From positions 62,001 to 126,000 of the forward strand of contig JBODTK010000140.1 of assembly GCA_050613775.1 (NCBI GenBank): DNA of 64,000 bases, given 5' to 3'. How positions within the stretch are numbered: the stretch's first letter is position 1; every line of letters begins with the position of its first letter. A program made the translations under genes and the position numbers. Positions 23,640 to 34,360 of the stretch are shown here, in pieces. Under the pieces are notes generated by a model, which made no database searches, was not told the origin of the DNA, and saw only the letters and a list, made by a program, of their open reading frames with translations. Origin of the DNA: Neocallimastix sp. 'constans'. Taxonomy: Eukaryota.

Positions 23640-25714
23640 GTCATATTCTTTCTTTCAATTCTTGTTATATTCTTCGTTAGATTCTATATCTTCGCGTGTT
23701 ACTTCAACAATGAACTTTGAAACTTCTTTTTCTTCTTTCATTTAGATACTAATCCTTTTTAATTTTTTTTTTTTTTTATTTATTCATATAATAATTTCTT
23801 ATTCCATTAATTTAAAATTATTATATAACATATTTTGAAGGTTATAATGAATTCTCTAAATCAGTGATTTTAACATTATGTTTAAACTTTAATAATTCAA
23901 TTTATGAAACTAATTGAAATTTCCATTTAAAATATCACTAATTTATTTTTATTATTATTTTTTTTTTTATTTTTAATTATTTTTTTAAATTACTACTTTT
24001 ACCAAGTTTCAAAGATTCAATTTCACAATTTAATTTATTAATTTTCTTGGATTGTGAAGAATTGTTTCTTTTTTTAATATTTTCCTTTTTCAATTATTGA
24101 ATTGTTCTCTTCCTGAATTAAGAATATTTATGTTATCTTTATAGGGATTTTTCTTACTAATATTTTCTTCTTTTTTTTTGTAATTTGAATAAAATTATCT
24201 TCTTCAAAAATAATTTTCTCTTTTTATTTTTCTATAATTTGAATAATATTATATTCTTCAAAAATATTTTTCTTTAATTCACTTTTTTAATTCACTTATT
24301 TTATCTTTCAATTCAGTTATGCTTTGCATTAATAATTCTTCGTTTAAGATAACATCTGGAACTTGTTCTTCTCATATTTTGTTTAATTCTTAAAATGCTT
24401 AATGTAATTATATAATTTATTAAATTCCACAACTGGAATTCTAATTATTGATCATAAAAAAAAAATATAAAATTTATTATGTTCTAATAAATTTTCAATT
24501 AATGTAATTATATAAACACTAAATAATATAATAAATATTATTATTTCTTAAAAATATATTGTAAATTATTTTTTTTTTCTATAATTTCTTCAAAATTTGT
24601 AATATTTTAAGTATTAATTTTATATTATAAACTAAATATAAATTATTTTAAATTAAAATTTTAAAATTATTCAATGTTTATTATATTGGAACTACCGCAG
24701 TAAACCAATATATTGTTAACTTTCTTCAAGTTCGAAAATCCTTTTTCGACACCCAAGAAAGTTTTTAAATAATTTTTATTTATTTATTCCTTCAAGTTCG
24801 GTACTCTCTGTCCGACACTTAAGGATTAAAAAAAAAATTATTATACTTACCTTCAGGCTCAGCACTCTCTGGCTGACCACCTAAGGATTTTATTTAAAAA
24901 TTAAAAATTTATTTGTTAGGCTCGAAATACTCTTCGACCACCTAACTAAAAAAAAAATATAATTATTAAATTGAATTCATTTTAAAATAATTCAATTTTT
25001 AACAATTCAATTTTAAATTTATATATATTATTTTTTACTTAAATTATTACTAAAATTTTATAATTAAATTTATAATTTCTTTGTATTATTATTATGATCA
25101 TTTAATTTTATATTATATTATATTCTATTATTTTTCTTATCTATTCATCAATGTTTTCACAATCCCCGATATCTCCACCAATTTTTATGTTGAGGTTCAT
25201 ATTAGAAAAGGAGTGTGAACATTAAATAAATAGATAAATTAAATAACTATTAAATTACACTAAAAGAATTTATCATTACACATTATAAATTTTATTTAAA
25301 GAACTATTATTAAAAATATTTATTATTTATAAATTATATAATTATTTTATTGTTAAAAATAACTTTATTAATATTAATATTTATTATTATAACAATATGG
25401 GAAACCTTTCAATTATTATTCCTATTTCATTATCACTACTATTTCTACTATTTATTTTCTCAGAAAGGCCCCCTTCATAAAATAATATGGATAATACATA
25501 TTTTATATTATTTAATTACATTATTAAAACCAATCACATAAATTAATTAATTACATAAATTTAATATTTAAAATAATAAAAAATAACTAATATAAAAATT
25601 ATTAATATAGAATATAAGAAAATTATTAATAGTAAAGAATATAATAATATATTTTTATATAATAAATTATTAAAAATTTAATTAAAAATATCATTATTAT
25701 TCTATTCTTTATCA
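22742..25714 (-). mobile_element. Element F: non-autonomous, essentially non-coding LTR element
   Basis: 527-bp LTRs at 22742-23268 and 25188-25714, identical by eye. AAAA TSD, PBS at 25162-25180, PPT AGCGGGGG. No gag or pol ORF in the 1.9-kb interior. Confidence 0.92.
24721..24946 (-). repeat. Four diverged GC-rich hairpin units at about 62-67 bp spacing in the 5' leader of F
   Basis: Units at 24721-24760, 24788-24825, 24850-24886 and 24915-24946, each self-complementary. Confidence 0.8.
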
Positions 25715-25735
25715 AAAAATTAGAAATTAGAATGC

Positions 25736-25789
25736 TGGCATAGTGGTTAGTCACTATGACCTCAACCTGAACCACTAGGGTTCGACTCA
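25736..25789 (+). promoter_or_regulatory. tRNA-type (type 2) RNA polymerase III internal promoter in the 5' LTR of E
   Basis: A box TGGCATAGTGG at 25736 and B box GGTTCGACTCA at 25779, 43 nt apart as in tRNA genes. TTTT at 25804-25807. Confidence 0.75.
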
Positions 25790-26769
25790 CACCTTTACTA
25801 AAATTTTATATCATTTAAATTTTAAAGAATTTTTATACTTCATTTCTGTATTTGTTTCTGTATTTGTTTCTGTATAAATTTCTGTAAAAATTAACAAAAG
25901 AAATTCTTAGAAATTAATAGAAACAAATCAGATAGAAATTCTATTTTAATTTATCTTTTATCATTATTTCCTTTAGATTCTTTTTAACCGAAAATAATCA
26001 ATTTTTATGAAACTTTTTAATGATTTTATGGTTTTAAATTTTTATGGATTTAAATTTTGAAAAACTATAAATAGGAGTGAATTTCGCAGCCAAAAAAAAA
26101 ATATTTTTTAAAAATTGTGTTTTTATTAATTATTGAATTAATTAATAAGTAATTCGAAATATTACAATAATTAATCTTTATAATTAATATTTTTAAATTT
26201 CTTAATTAATAAAACTATATTTTAAAAAACCAAATTACTTATTAATCAAAAAGTGCTTACCTATTGTGTTACACTCTTTAAAACACGGATATTCCAATAT
26301 TCGTTACAGTTATAAAGAAAATAATTAGTTATTCAGAGGAATTAACTAATATAAAATTTAGTAGAATTTAATATGTATTAATATAACTAAAATAATAAAA
26401 TATATTGATTAATATTTAAATATAAAATAAAATAATAAAATTAAAATACGACAAAAGAATTATTATTGTTTACTATATATTTTATTAGTGTGTGTTTATT
26501 ATTATATTCTTCTGTTAGAATATATTATTTTATAATCAAACAACTTGCTCAACCGAACACTGATACTTTTAATAATATCGTATCAAATTTTGGCGCCCAA
26601 CGTGGGGGGAGCAAGATAAAATAGTATGAAAATAATAGAAGAAATCTAAATCAATAATAATAACACTGATTTATTTTATTTTGTTTAAACATATTTTAAT
26701 TTTTCTTATTATTTTTTTCCTTATTTTTTTTTTCTTTACTGAGATAACATATATTTATATATAATATAC

Positions 26770-26826
<57 letters not shown>

Positions 26827-26975
26827 ATTATTTCAAATTTTATTTTATATTATTCTCTTAAAATTATTTTCTATATTTTTTTTTTTTTTATTTTATTATC
26901 AGTTATTATAAAAATATATATATATATATATAAAATTTCTTTAATAATTAAATTATTACTAAACTAAAAAAAAAA

Positions 26976-28241
26976 ATGTTTGATGCTGCTAAATTACTAA
27001 AAGTATTACCACATCTTTCTGATTATGGAAAGGATGTAGAGAGTTGGATCGGTGACTTTTCAAAAACTATGGAATTATATGATATAGTGGAACCAAGAAG
27101 AGTATTTACATGGGCAAAAGAAGCCGTAGAAGAGGATATCAAAGGCGCCATAAATTCTTTAAAAATTAAAGAAGGCAAAGAAATTAGATATCCTAATTTT
27201 AAAGAAATACAGGCTGCTATTGAGGATCATTTACACATTACTGAAAGCGACAAGTGTTCTGTTCTGAAATCTTTAAGAATTAATAATGACGAATCCATAA
27301 AGAAATTTAATTATCGTTATAAAAAATTGTATAAAAAATTAAATGCTGAATATAGAAGACTACTCACTGTTAAGGATTATACAAATTCAATAGCTATACG
27401 TGTCTTCCCATGTTCTAGAGTTATAGTGGCAGAATGCGAATCTTTAAATGAGGCCTTCAAAATTGCAGAAGTTGCCGAAGAAGCAGAAAGAGAAATTTTT
27501 ACTAATACGAGACAAACAAACCTGAATAGTAACATTGGTCCTTCTGTCATGATCACCCAAAGTAGTATGAATGGAAATCCACTAATCCAACATCCATTTT
27601 ATGGTGAATTTCATAATGGTCAGCAAGGAAATTATATCAATCCTAATAGCTTTAGACCACCGAGAAGAAATAACAAAATGTTTACAAATAATCAATGGAA
27701 TAATAATTACAATAATATGAATTCCTATCCTAATTTTCAAATTAACAACTTAAAAACCAACTCACTAAACTATCAAAATAATACTAGGAATTTTAAGGAT
27801 TCAGGTTATAATAGAATAAACAATGATAGGAACAGACTAATGAATATTAATTATGCTAATGTTAATCAAAGTAACCACATACCTGAAAATCTTCATCGTA
27901 ATAATGGTAATTACAATAAAAACAATTACATGATTAATAATAATAATATGATGAATAACTACCTCCAACCAAGTAGAAATAATCATTCATCTAATTTAAT
28001 TTTTAATAACGATCCTAGTAATTTGATTAATATCAATAAAACAAATGAAGCTACTAGTGGCAAACCTTCTAATAATAAATATGTTAATAATAATTATGTA
28101 AATATAACTACTGATAAAAAAAGAATACAATGTTATCGTTGTACCCTTAGTGATCATAAAGCTGCGGATTGTCCGTATACATTTCAACAATTAGCCGAAA
28201 TGGAAGCAAAGGGCATTATTAAACTACCTTTAAACTTATAA
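26976..28241 (+). CDS. gag: Gag of J (421 aa)
   Basis: Zinc knuckle CYRCTLSDHKAADC and homology to the H Gag. Confidence 0.92.
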   Translation: MFDAAKLLKVLPHLSDYGKDVESWIGDFSKTMELYDIVEPRRVFTWAKEAVEEDIKGAINSLKIKEGKEIRYPNFKEIQAAIEDHLHITESDKCSVLKSLRINNDESIKKFNYRYKKLYKKLNAEYRRLLTVKDYTNSIAIRVFPCSRVIVAECESLNEAFKIAEVAEEAEREIFTNTRQTNLNSNIGPSVMITQSSMNGNPLIQHPFYGEFHNGQQGNYINPNSFRPPRRNNKMFTNNQWNNNYNNMNSYPNFQINNLKTNSLNYQNNTRNFKDSGYNRINNDRNRLMNINYANVNQSNHIPENLHRNNGNYNKNNYMINNNNMMNNYLQPSRNNHSSNLIFNNDPSNLININKTNEATSGKPSNNKYVNNNYVNITTDKKRIQCYRCTLSDHKAADCPYTFQQLAEMEAKGIIKLPLNL

Positions 28242-31200
28242 ATGGGAGACGGGCAACTCCCAATAAACAAACCAATAATATTTCTTCAAATTATATAATG
28301 ACGACAGTAAATGATGAAACACATAGTGATCAAAATATTAATAAAGCGAGTTCAAACAATAATTCTAAATACGGCAATTCTTATTATAGTAATCAAATAA
28401 ATAGCAATACTTATCAAGAGAACCAATCTAAAAACAATTCCTTTTATGGTAATAAAAATTTTCAACAGACCGCAAATGACTCACAAGAAATCTTGGCTGT
28501 AGCAACAAGAAAATCTAAATCTAAATTACATAAAACTAAGCCTTACGATAAAGCCAAGCAAATTGATGACTTAAAAAACGACCCTATCCCTATTCGTACC
28601 GCAGCTATGAGTCATAATTCATCATTATCTAATAATTATAATATGAATAATAATACTAATATGAATAATAATAATAATAATAATAATATGAATAATACTA
28701 AAATGAATAATTATAATAACGTGAATAATATCAGTAATATTAATAAAAATAATAATAATACTATTAATACTGATAAGGAGAATGAAAATGCATCAATGAT
28801 AGTAGAACAAGAAGATGAATCATCCATTAACCATAAACAGTCAACAGCACTTGAGAAAGATAATGGAGAAGAACAAACCAACCACAACCCTGTTAGTTCC
28901 GAAACAGAGAGATTAACATATTTGAAACCATCCTTTATAACAGGAAAAAATATTAGTACTGTAAAAAAGAAAAACAATGTAGAAAGAATACAAGATATTA
29001 TTAATAATGCTGATGAATTAAATACCAAAAATGAAAAAGAGGATATTTCTAATAAACCAAGTGGAAGGCACATAAAACTCATGGATGCTTTCGATGATTA
29101 TTGTATACAAGATCTAATTAAAGAAGTAGCTTCCACGGATGTTATCACCAAGTTGGCTCACCTATTAGATTTGTTTCCTAAGTTTAGAACGGAATTTCTT
29201 AAAGCTTTAAGGTTAACTCCTAAACAAACATTAACAAATGTAATGACAATTATTTCAAAACATAAAATTATTAAAGTTTGTGGAAAGGTAGAAAATAAGG
29301 ATTGCGAAATATTTTTAGATACATGCGCAAGTGTTAATGTTATTACACGTTCCGCTTTAAACAAATTAAAAATTAACAAACCTTCGATTGGTAGAATTTC
29401 GGAAACAATATTTCAAGCTTATTCCAACTCCTTTATGGATAGTGATATTTACTATTTACAAATTTCTATTGGAAGTAGGACTTTTCATGAATATTTCAGA
29501 GTAATTGAAAAAGACGATATTTTTGATATTCTAATTGGTGTTGACTCGTTAAAAAATAATAGATTTGATATTAATTTAGTAGATGATGTTTTATATTATA
29601 TAGATGAAAATAATAATTATATTAAATTATCTGATTTATTTTATGATATCAGTCCTACTAGTACTCACCAAGATTCAAAACCTAATGAAGAACATAAATT
29701 CCCAAAAGAAGAATCCCTTCTATTAACAGTTACTATATCAAAAAACCAAGAAACTAATAATAATGATGAAAACATTAATTTTAAAGAAAATCTAATTAAT
29801 AATATTATATCATCTGCTCCAGTAAAAATAAAAACTGAAATAAAAGACTTATTCCATAAATATATAAATGTTATTGCAATCAAGACGGATGATTTAGGAA
29901 AATCAAAATTATTTCCTCACAAAATTGAACTAATTCCAGGGTCCTCTCCAATAAAATTGAAATCCTACAGATTATCTAAATCACAAACAAAAGCGTTAAA
30001 AAGCATTTTAATAAATTTAATTAAAAATAAATTAATTATACCTTCTGGTTCATCGTGGGCTTTTCCTGTGGTATTAGTCCCAAAGAAAAATGGGGATTGG
30101 CGAATGTGCGTGGACTTTAGAGCTTTAAATAATATAACTATTAAGGATTCTTATTCCCTACCTTTGATTGACGATATTTTAACATTCATTGGAAGTAATG
30201 CAAAATTTTTATCCACGATTGACCTATTCTCAGGATATCACCAAGTCCCGATGCACCCTGATGATACAGACAAAACTACTTTTACAACCATGTTTGGCAA
30301 CTACAAATTTTGTGTAATGCCATTTGGTTTGTGCAATGCACCGGCTACATTTCAACGCGAAATGAACCGGATTTTCTTCGACTTAATTGGGGAATGTTTG
30401 TTTGTGTATATTGACGATCTAATTATTTTTTCCAACTCTTTAGAGGAACACATTCTTCATTTAAACAAAGTTTTTCAAATTCTTCAGAATAATGGATTAA
30501 AAATTAACATTGAAAAATGCGAATTTTTCAAAGAGGAAGTGAAACTTCTAGGTCATATCCTTTCCACTAGAGGTATATCACCTATTCCTGACAAAATTAA
30601 AGTCATTTTAAATTGGGATACTCCAAAGAACACCACTCAACTTAAATCATTCCTTGGGGTTGTAGGTTATTACAGAAAATTCATTTTCCAGTTTGCCAAT
30701 ATTGCCAACCCTCTATATGCCTTGTTAAAAAAAGATGTGCCCTTTATTTGGACTAACTCGTGCACAGAAGCATTTATTGAATTAAAAAGGAGGCTTACAA
30801 TTTCGCCAATATTAACACCGCCAGATTTTACTAAGGCTTTCATTATACGTACTGATGCATCTAAAGACGGACTTGGAGGTGTATTGTTACAACTTAATGA
30901 TGACTCCAAAGAAGTTCCTATATACTTTGAGAGTAGAACTTTATCGTCATCGGAATTGAACTATAGTATTACTGATCTTGAGGGTAAAGCTGTATATCAT
31001 TGCGTTAGGAAATTCAAACCTTATATTACTGGTAACTCCTTTATAACTATAGTGTATACTGACCACAAACCTCTTGTAAGTATCTTCGCAAATAAAGAAC
31101 CAATGAGTAGTAGACATCTCAAATGGATTACTGAATTATCTATTTTGAAAGTTAAAGTCCTATATCAGGAAGGGAAGAAGAACGTCATTGCAGACGCCCT

Positions 31201-32521
31201 ATCCAGAATGACCACTATTGAAAAGAACTCAACAAAAGCAGAAGATAAAGAAGATAAAATCAAGGTCGAAGATATATCAAAGAAAGAAACTATATATTTA
31301 ATTCAAAATAATAATTTAAATGTTAATATTGATGATGATAATAATATAAATAATTTTATGGAAAGATTCATAAATAAGAAAATTATATTAATAGATGGTA
31401 TTGAATATTATAAACAAGGAGATCACCTGAGAAAAATTATTAAAAATAAAGAGAAACAAATAAAATTGATAGGAGAAGCACACTACATTGGCCATGAAGG
31501 CACCTATAAAACGTATAATAGATTGAAACGTGATTACTATTGGAAAAATATGAAAAGAGATGTTTACCTTTTCGTTAAATGTTGTCATAGATGTCAGCTT
31601 TATAGACCTCAACAGCTAAACCAGTTTACCGAAGACATAGCTACGAAGCCCGGATACCCTTTTTCAAGAGTTGGGTTGGATCTTATAGGTCCGCTACCTG
31701 TCACAAGAAATTCTAATAAATTTATTATAGTATTAGTAGATTACCTTACTAAATGGGTAGAGGCTGAAGCACTCAAATCTTCAGAATCGGAAGAAGTAAT
31801 AAAATTCCTAAAATCAGTATTCGCTAGACATGGAATCCCGGAAATCCTAACAACAGATAATGGTCCACAATTTATTGCAGACAAAACCAAGGCCTTCTTG
31901 GACCTCCATGACGTTTATGTTCATTATATTTCTACTTATCACCCAGCTTCAAATGGTGAAGTAGAAAATAGAAACAGGGAAATAAGTAAATACTTACGAT
32001 TATTGGGAGAAACAATAACGGACTGGGATGAAACATTACCAAGTGCTCTTTGGGCTCTCAGAACTTGTAAAAACGAAGTAACTAAGTTCAGTAGCTTTGA
32101 ACTCCTGTACGGTAGAAGAGATCTCCAACCATTTGAACTAACTATTAATATTGAAAAGAAAAATCCTCAAGAAACATTAGAAGAATATTGGCTACGCAAA
32201 TTTATTACCCACGACAAATGGATCAAAGAAGCTATTAAGAATATCGATACTGCTAATAAACTCTGGGAGGATAGAAGAAAACAAATCAAAAGAATGAAGA
32301 GTTCCTATAAACCAGGAGATCTAGTACTTGTTAAAGTATTTAATAGAAGAAAGTTGGATCCATATTTTTCTGGACCTCTTCAAATTGTCAAAAAGGAATT
32401 GAACACGGTCACAGTACGAGATCCTATTTCTGGAGAAATTGCGGAAAGAAACATTCATGTAAAAAATATTGTTCCTTATTTCACGGAAATAAACTTAGAT
32501 GGTGACGAAGATGAAAAGTAA
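28229..32521 (+). CDS. pol: Pol of J (protease, RT, RNase H, integrase), apparently intact, entered by -1 frameshift
   Basis: Motifs FLDTCAS, YIDD, TDAS, HHCC and TDNGPQF. The frame is open from TTTAAAC at 28229-28235. Confidence 0.95.
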   Translation, partial: FKLINGRRATPNKQTNNISSNYIMTTVNDETHSDQNINKASSNNNSKYGNSYYSNQINSNTYQENQSKNNSFYGNKNFQQTANDSQEILAVATRKSKSKLHKTKPYDKAKQIDDLKNDPIPIRTAAMSHNSSLSNNYNMNNNTNMNNNNNNNNMNNTKMNNYNNVNNISNINKNNNNTINTDKENENASMIVEQEDESSINHKQSTALEKDNGEEQTNHNPVSSETERLTYLKPSFITGKNISTVKKKNNVERIQDIINNADELNTKNEKEDISNKPSGRHIKLMDAFDDYCIQDLIKEVASTDVITKLAHLLDLFPKFRTEFLKALRLTPKQTLTNVMTIISKHKIIKVCGKVENKDCEIFLDTCASVNVITRSALNKLKINKPSIGRISETIFQAYSNSFMDSDIYYLQISIGSRTFHEYFRVIEKDDIFDILIGVDSLKNNRFDINLVDDVLYYIDENNNYIKLSDLFYDISPTSTHQDSKPNEEHKFPKEESLLLTVTISKNQETNNNDENINFKENLINNIISSAPVKIKTEIKDLFHKYINVIAIKTDDLGKSKLFPHKIELIPGSSPIKLKSYRLSKSQTKALKSILINLIKNKLIIPSGSSWAFPVVLVPKKNGDWRMCVDFRALNNITIKDSYSLPLIDDILTFIGSNAKFLSTIDLFSGYHQVPMHPDDTDKTTFTTMFGNYKFCVMPFGLCNAPATFQREMNRIFFDLIGECLFVYIDDLIIFSNSLEEHILHLNKVFQILQNNGLKINIEKCEFFKEEVKLLGHILSTRGISPIPDKIKVILNWDTPKNTTQLKSFLGVVGYYRKFIFQFANIANPLYALLKKDVPFIWTNSCTEAFIELKRRLTISPILTPPDFTKAFIIRTDASKDGLGGVLLQLNDDSKEVPIYFESRTLSSSELNYSITDLEGKAVYHCVRKFKPYITGNSFITIVYTDHKPLVSIFANKEPMSSRHLKWITELSILKVKVLYQEGKKNVIADALSRMTTIEKNSTKAEDKEDKIKVEDISKKETIYLIQNNNLNVNIDDDNNINNFMERFINKKIILIDGIEYYKQGDHLRKIIKNKEKQIKLIGEAHYIGHEGTYKTYNRLKRDYYWKNMKRDVYLFVKCCHRCQLYRPQQLNQFTEDIATKPGYPFSRVGLDLIGPLPVTRNSNKFIIVLVDYLTKWVEAEALKSSESEEVIKFLKSVFARHGIPEILTTDNGPQFIADKTKAFLDLHDVYVHYISTYHPASNGEVENRNREISKYLRLLGETITDWDETLPSALWALRTCKNEVTKFSSFELLYGRRDLQPFELTINIEKKNPQETLEEYWLRKFITHDKWIKEAIKNIDTANKLWEDRRKQIKRMKSSYKPGDLVLVKVFNRRKLDPYFSGPLQIVKKELNTVTVRDPISGEIAERNIHVKNIVPYFTEINLDGDEDEK

Positions 32522-32570
32522 TAGTTATAATAATAAAAATTACATTTTAATTTACATTTCAAAAATTTAT

Positions 32571-32619
<49 letters not shown>

Positions 32620-32651
32620 ACATTTTAATTTATATTTCAAATTCAAACTTT

Positions 32652-32688
<37 letters not shown>

Positions 32689-33455
32689 AAATAAGTATTA
32701 CATAATGACAAAATAGTTTAAAATAAAAACAGATATATAAATATATATAACACAGTAATAACACAGATATAAAAGATATATATATATAATATATATATAA
32801 CATAATTTCATATATACAATATAATAGGAATAGTATAATAATATAGCATAAATATAACATAAATAGTAATATATATGTAATAAAATATATATAAATATAA
32901 TAAGAATAGTAAAATCATATATGATTAAATAGTAATACACATAAGAAATAACATATATACAATATATAATAAGAATAACATAAGTATAAGATAATATTAT
33001 CATACAAAAAAAAAAAAAAATAATATATATATAATATAAAATATTAAGAGCAATATATAATAATACAAACAACGACGTATAATGAATAATATTTATATAT
33101 AATCAATAATATATAAGGTAGTATTATTACAGGTACAACACACAATGTTAAGGAATATAAATATAATAAATAATAATTTTCACTCACAATAATTAAATAT
33201 AATTAAATTCATAATAAAATTGTACATATAATATGATACGATAAATACTAAGGAATTGATCATAATAAAATATATATAATGACAAGCATACTACAATAAA
33301 ATACAATAATATAATATAAATATATAAATATATATATAAACAATATATAATATAGACAGAGGTATATACAATAAATAATAATATAGATATACAAATATAT
33401 AATGATAAGTTAGTACAAAAAAAAAAATATTTACATTTCAAAATTTAGATTTCAA

Positions 33456-33504
<49 letters not shown>

Positions 33505-33551
33505 ACATTTCAAAATTTAGATTTCAAAATTTACACACATAAAAAAAAAAA

Positions 33552-33590
<39 letters not shown>

Positions 33591-33612
33591 TAAATATTAA
33601 ATATATACATAC

Positions 33613-33650
<38 letters not shown>

Positions 33651-34360
33651 TAATATTCATACATAATAACTATGATTTTTAGATATTAGCCAATTAAATT
33701 AAACTAGAATAAATATAATATTTTAATTTTTTTTTAGAATAATATTTTTTTTAGAGAAATTATATATAAAATAGGGACTTCAAGGGACGAAGTCTACTCA
33801 AAGCAGGGGCGTCTTGATACGACACTTACAAATAATATAGAAATAACTATAAAAATAATTTAAATAATAGATAAATAATTTAATACATGTAAATAAATGA
33901 GTTTGTACAATTAATAAGTATTAATAAAATTAAATAAGATAAACTAACCAATAGAATAGAGTTAAGAGAAATAATGAAATATAAAATGAAGAAAATAAAT
34001 AATAAATTAAGAAGGAAGTTAGAGAGCTAACTAAAAAGTTAATATTAAGGAGAGAAAACTTAATATTATTATAATTATAGTTATAAAGAAAATAATTAGT
34101 TATTCAGAGGAATTAACTAATATAAAATTTAGTAGAATTTAATATGTATTAATATAACTAAAATAATAAAATATATTGATTAATATTTAAATATAAAATA
34201 AAATAATAAAATTAAAATACGACAAAAGAATTATTATTGTTTACTATATATTTTATTAGTGTGTGTTTATTATTATATTCTTCTGTTAGAATATATTATT
34301 TTATAATCAAACAACTTGCTCAACCGAACACTGATACTTTTAATAATATCGTATCACTGA

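Larger units (their letters stand above)
26309..34356 (+). mobile_element. Element J: non-chromoviral Ty3/gypsy related to H, with a truncated 5' LTR
   Basis: The 5' LTR remnant 26309-26585 equals the last 277 bp of the 3' LTR 33815-34356. tRNA-Lys PBS at 26591-26607, PPT AAAGCAGGGG, followed by CTGA. Confidence 0.95.

Noticed and set aside
23640..24400. Captured gene inside element F
   Set aside because: Only short coding-like pieces (for example MKEEKEVSKFIVEVTREDIESNEEYNKN, minus strand), broken by stops and homopolymers. They cannot be assigned.
24721..24946. CRISPR-like repeat-spacer array
   Set aside because: The units are diverged, the spacers are low-complexity A/T, the context is a eukaryotic retroelement leader, and no cas genes are present.
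22904..25541. Two identical 63-aa ORFs (22904-23095 and 25350-25541)
   Set aside because: TTG-start ORFs lying inside the identical LTRs of F, with no coding signature.
25729..25800. Functional tRNA gene in the E LTR
   Set aside because: A and B boxes are present, but the acceptor and T stems do not pair and there is no 7-nt anticodon loop. Kept only as a Pol III promoter-like cassette.
32698..33441. Hydrophobic antisense ORFs in the J 3' region as a possible env-like or extra gene
   Set aside because: They start with TTG, consist of Ile/Tyr low-complexity translation of A-rich DNA, and have no counterpart in the related element H.
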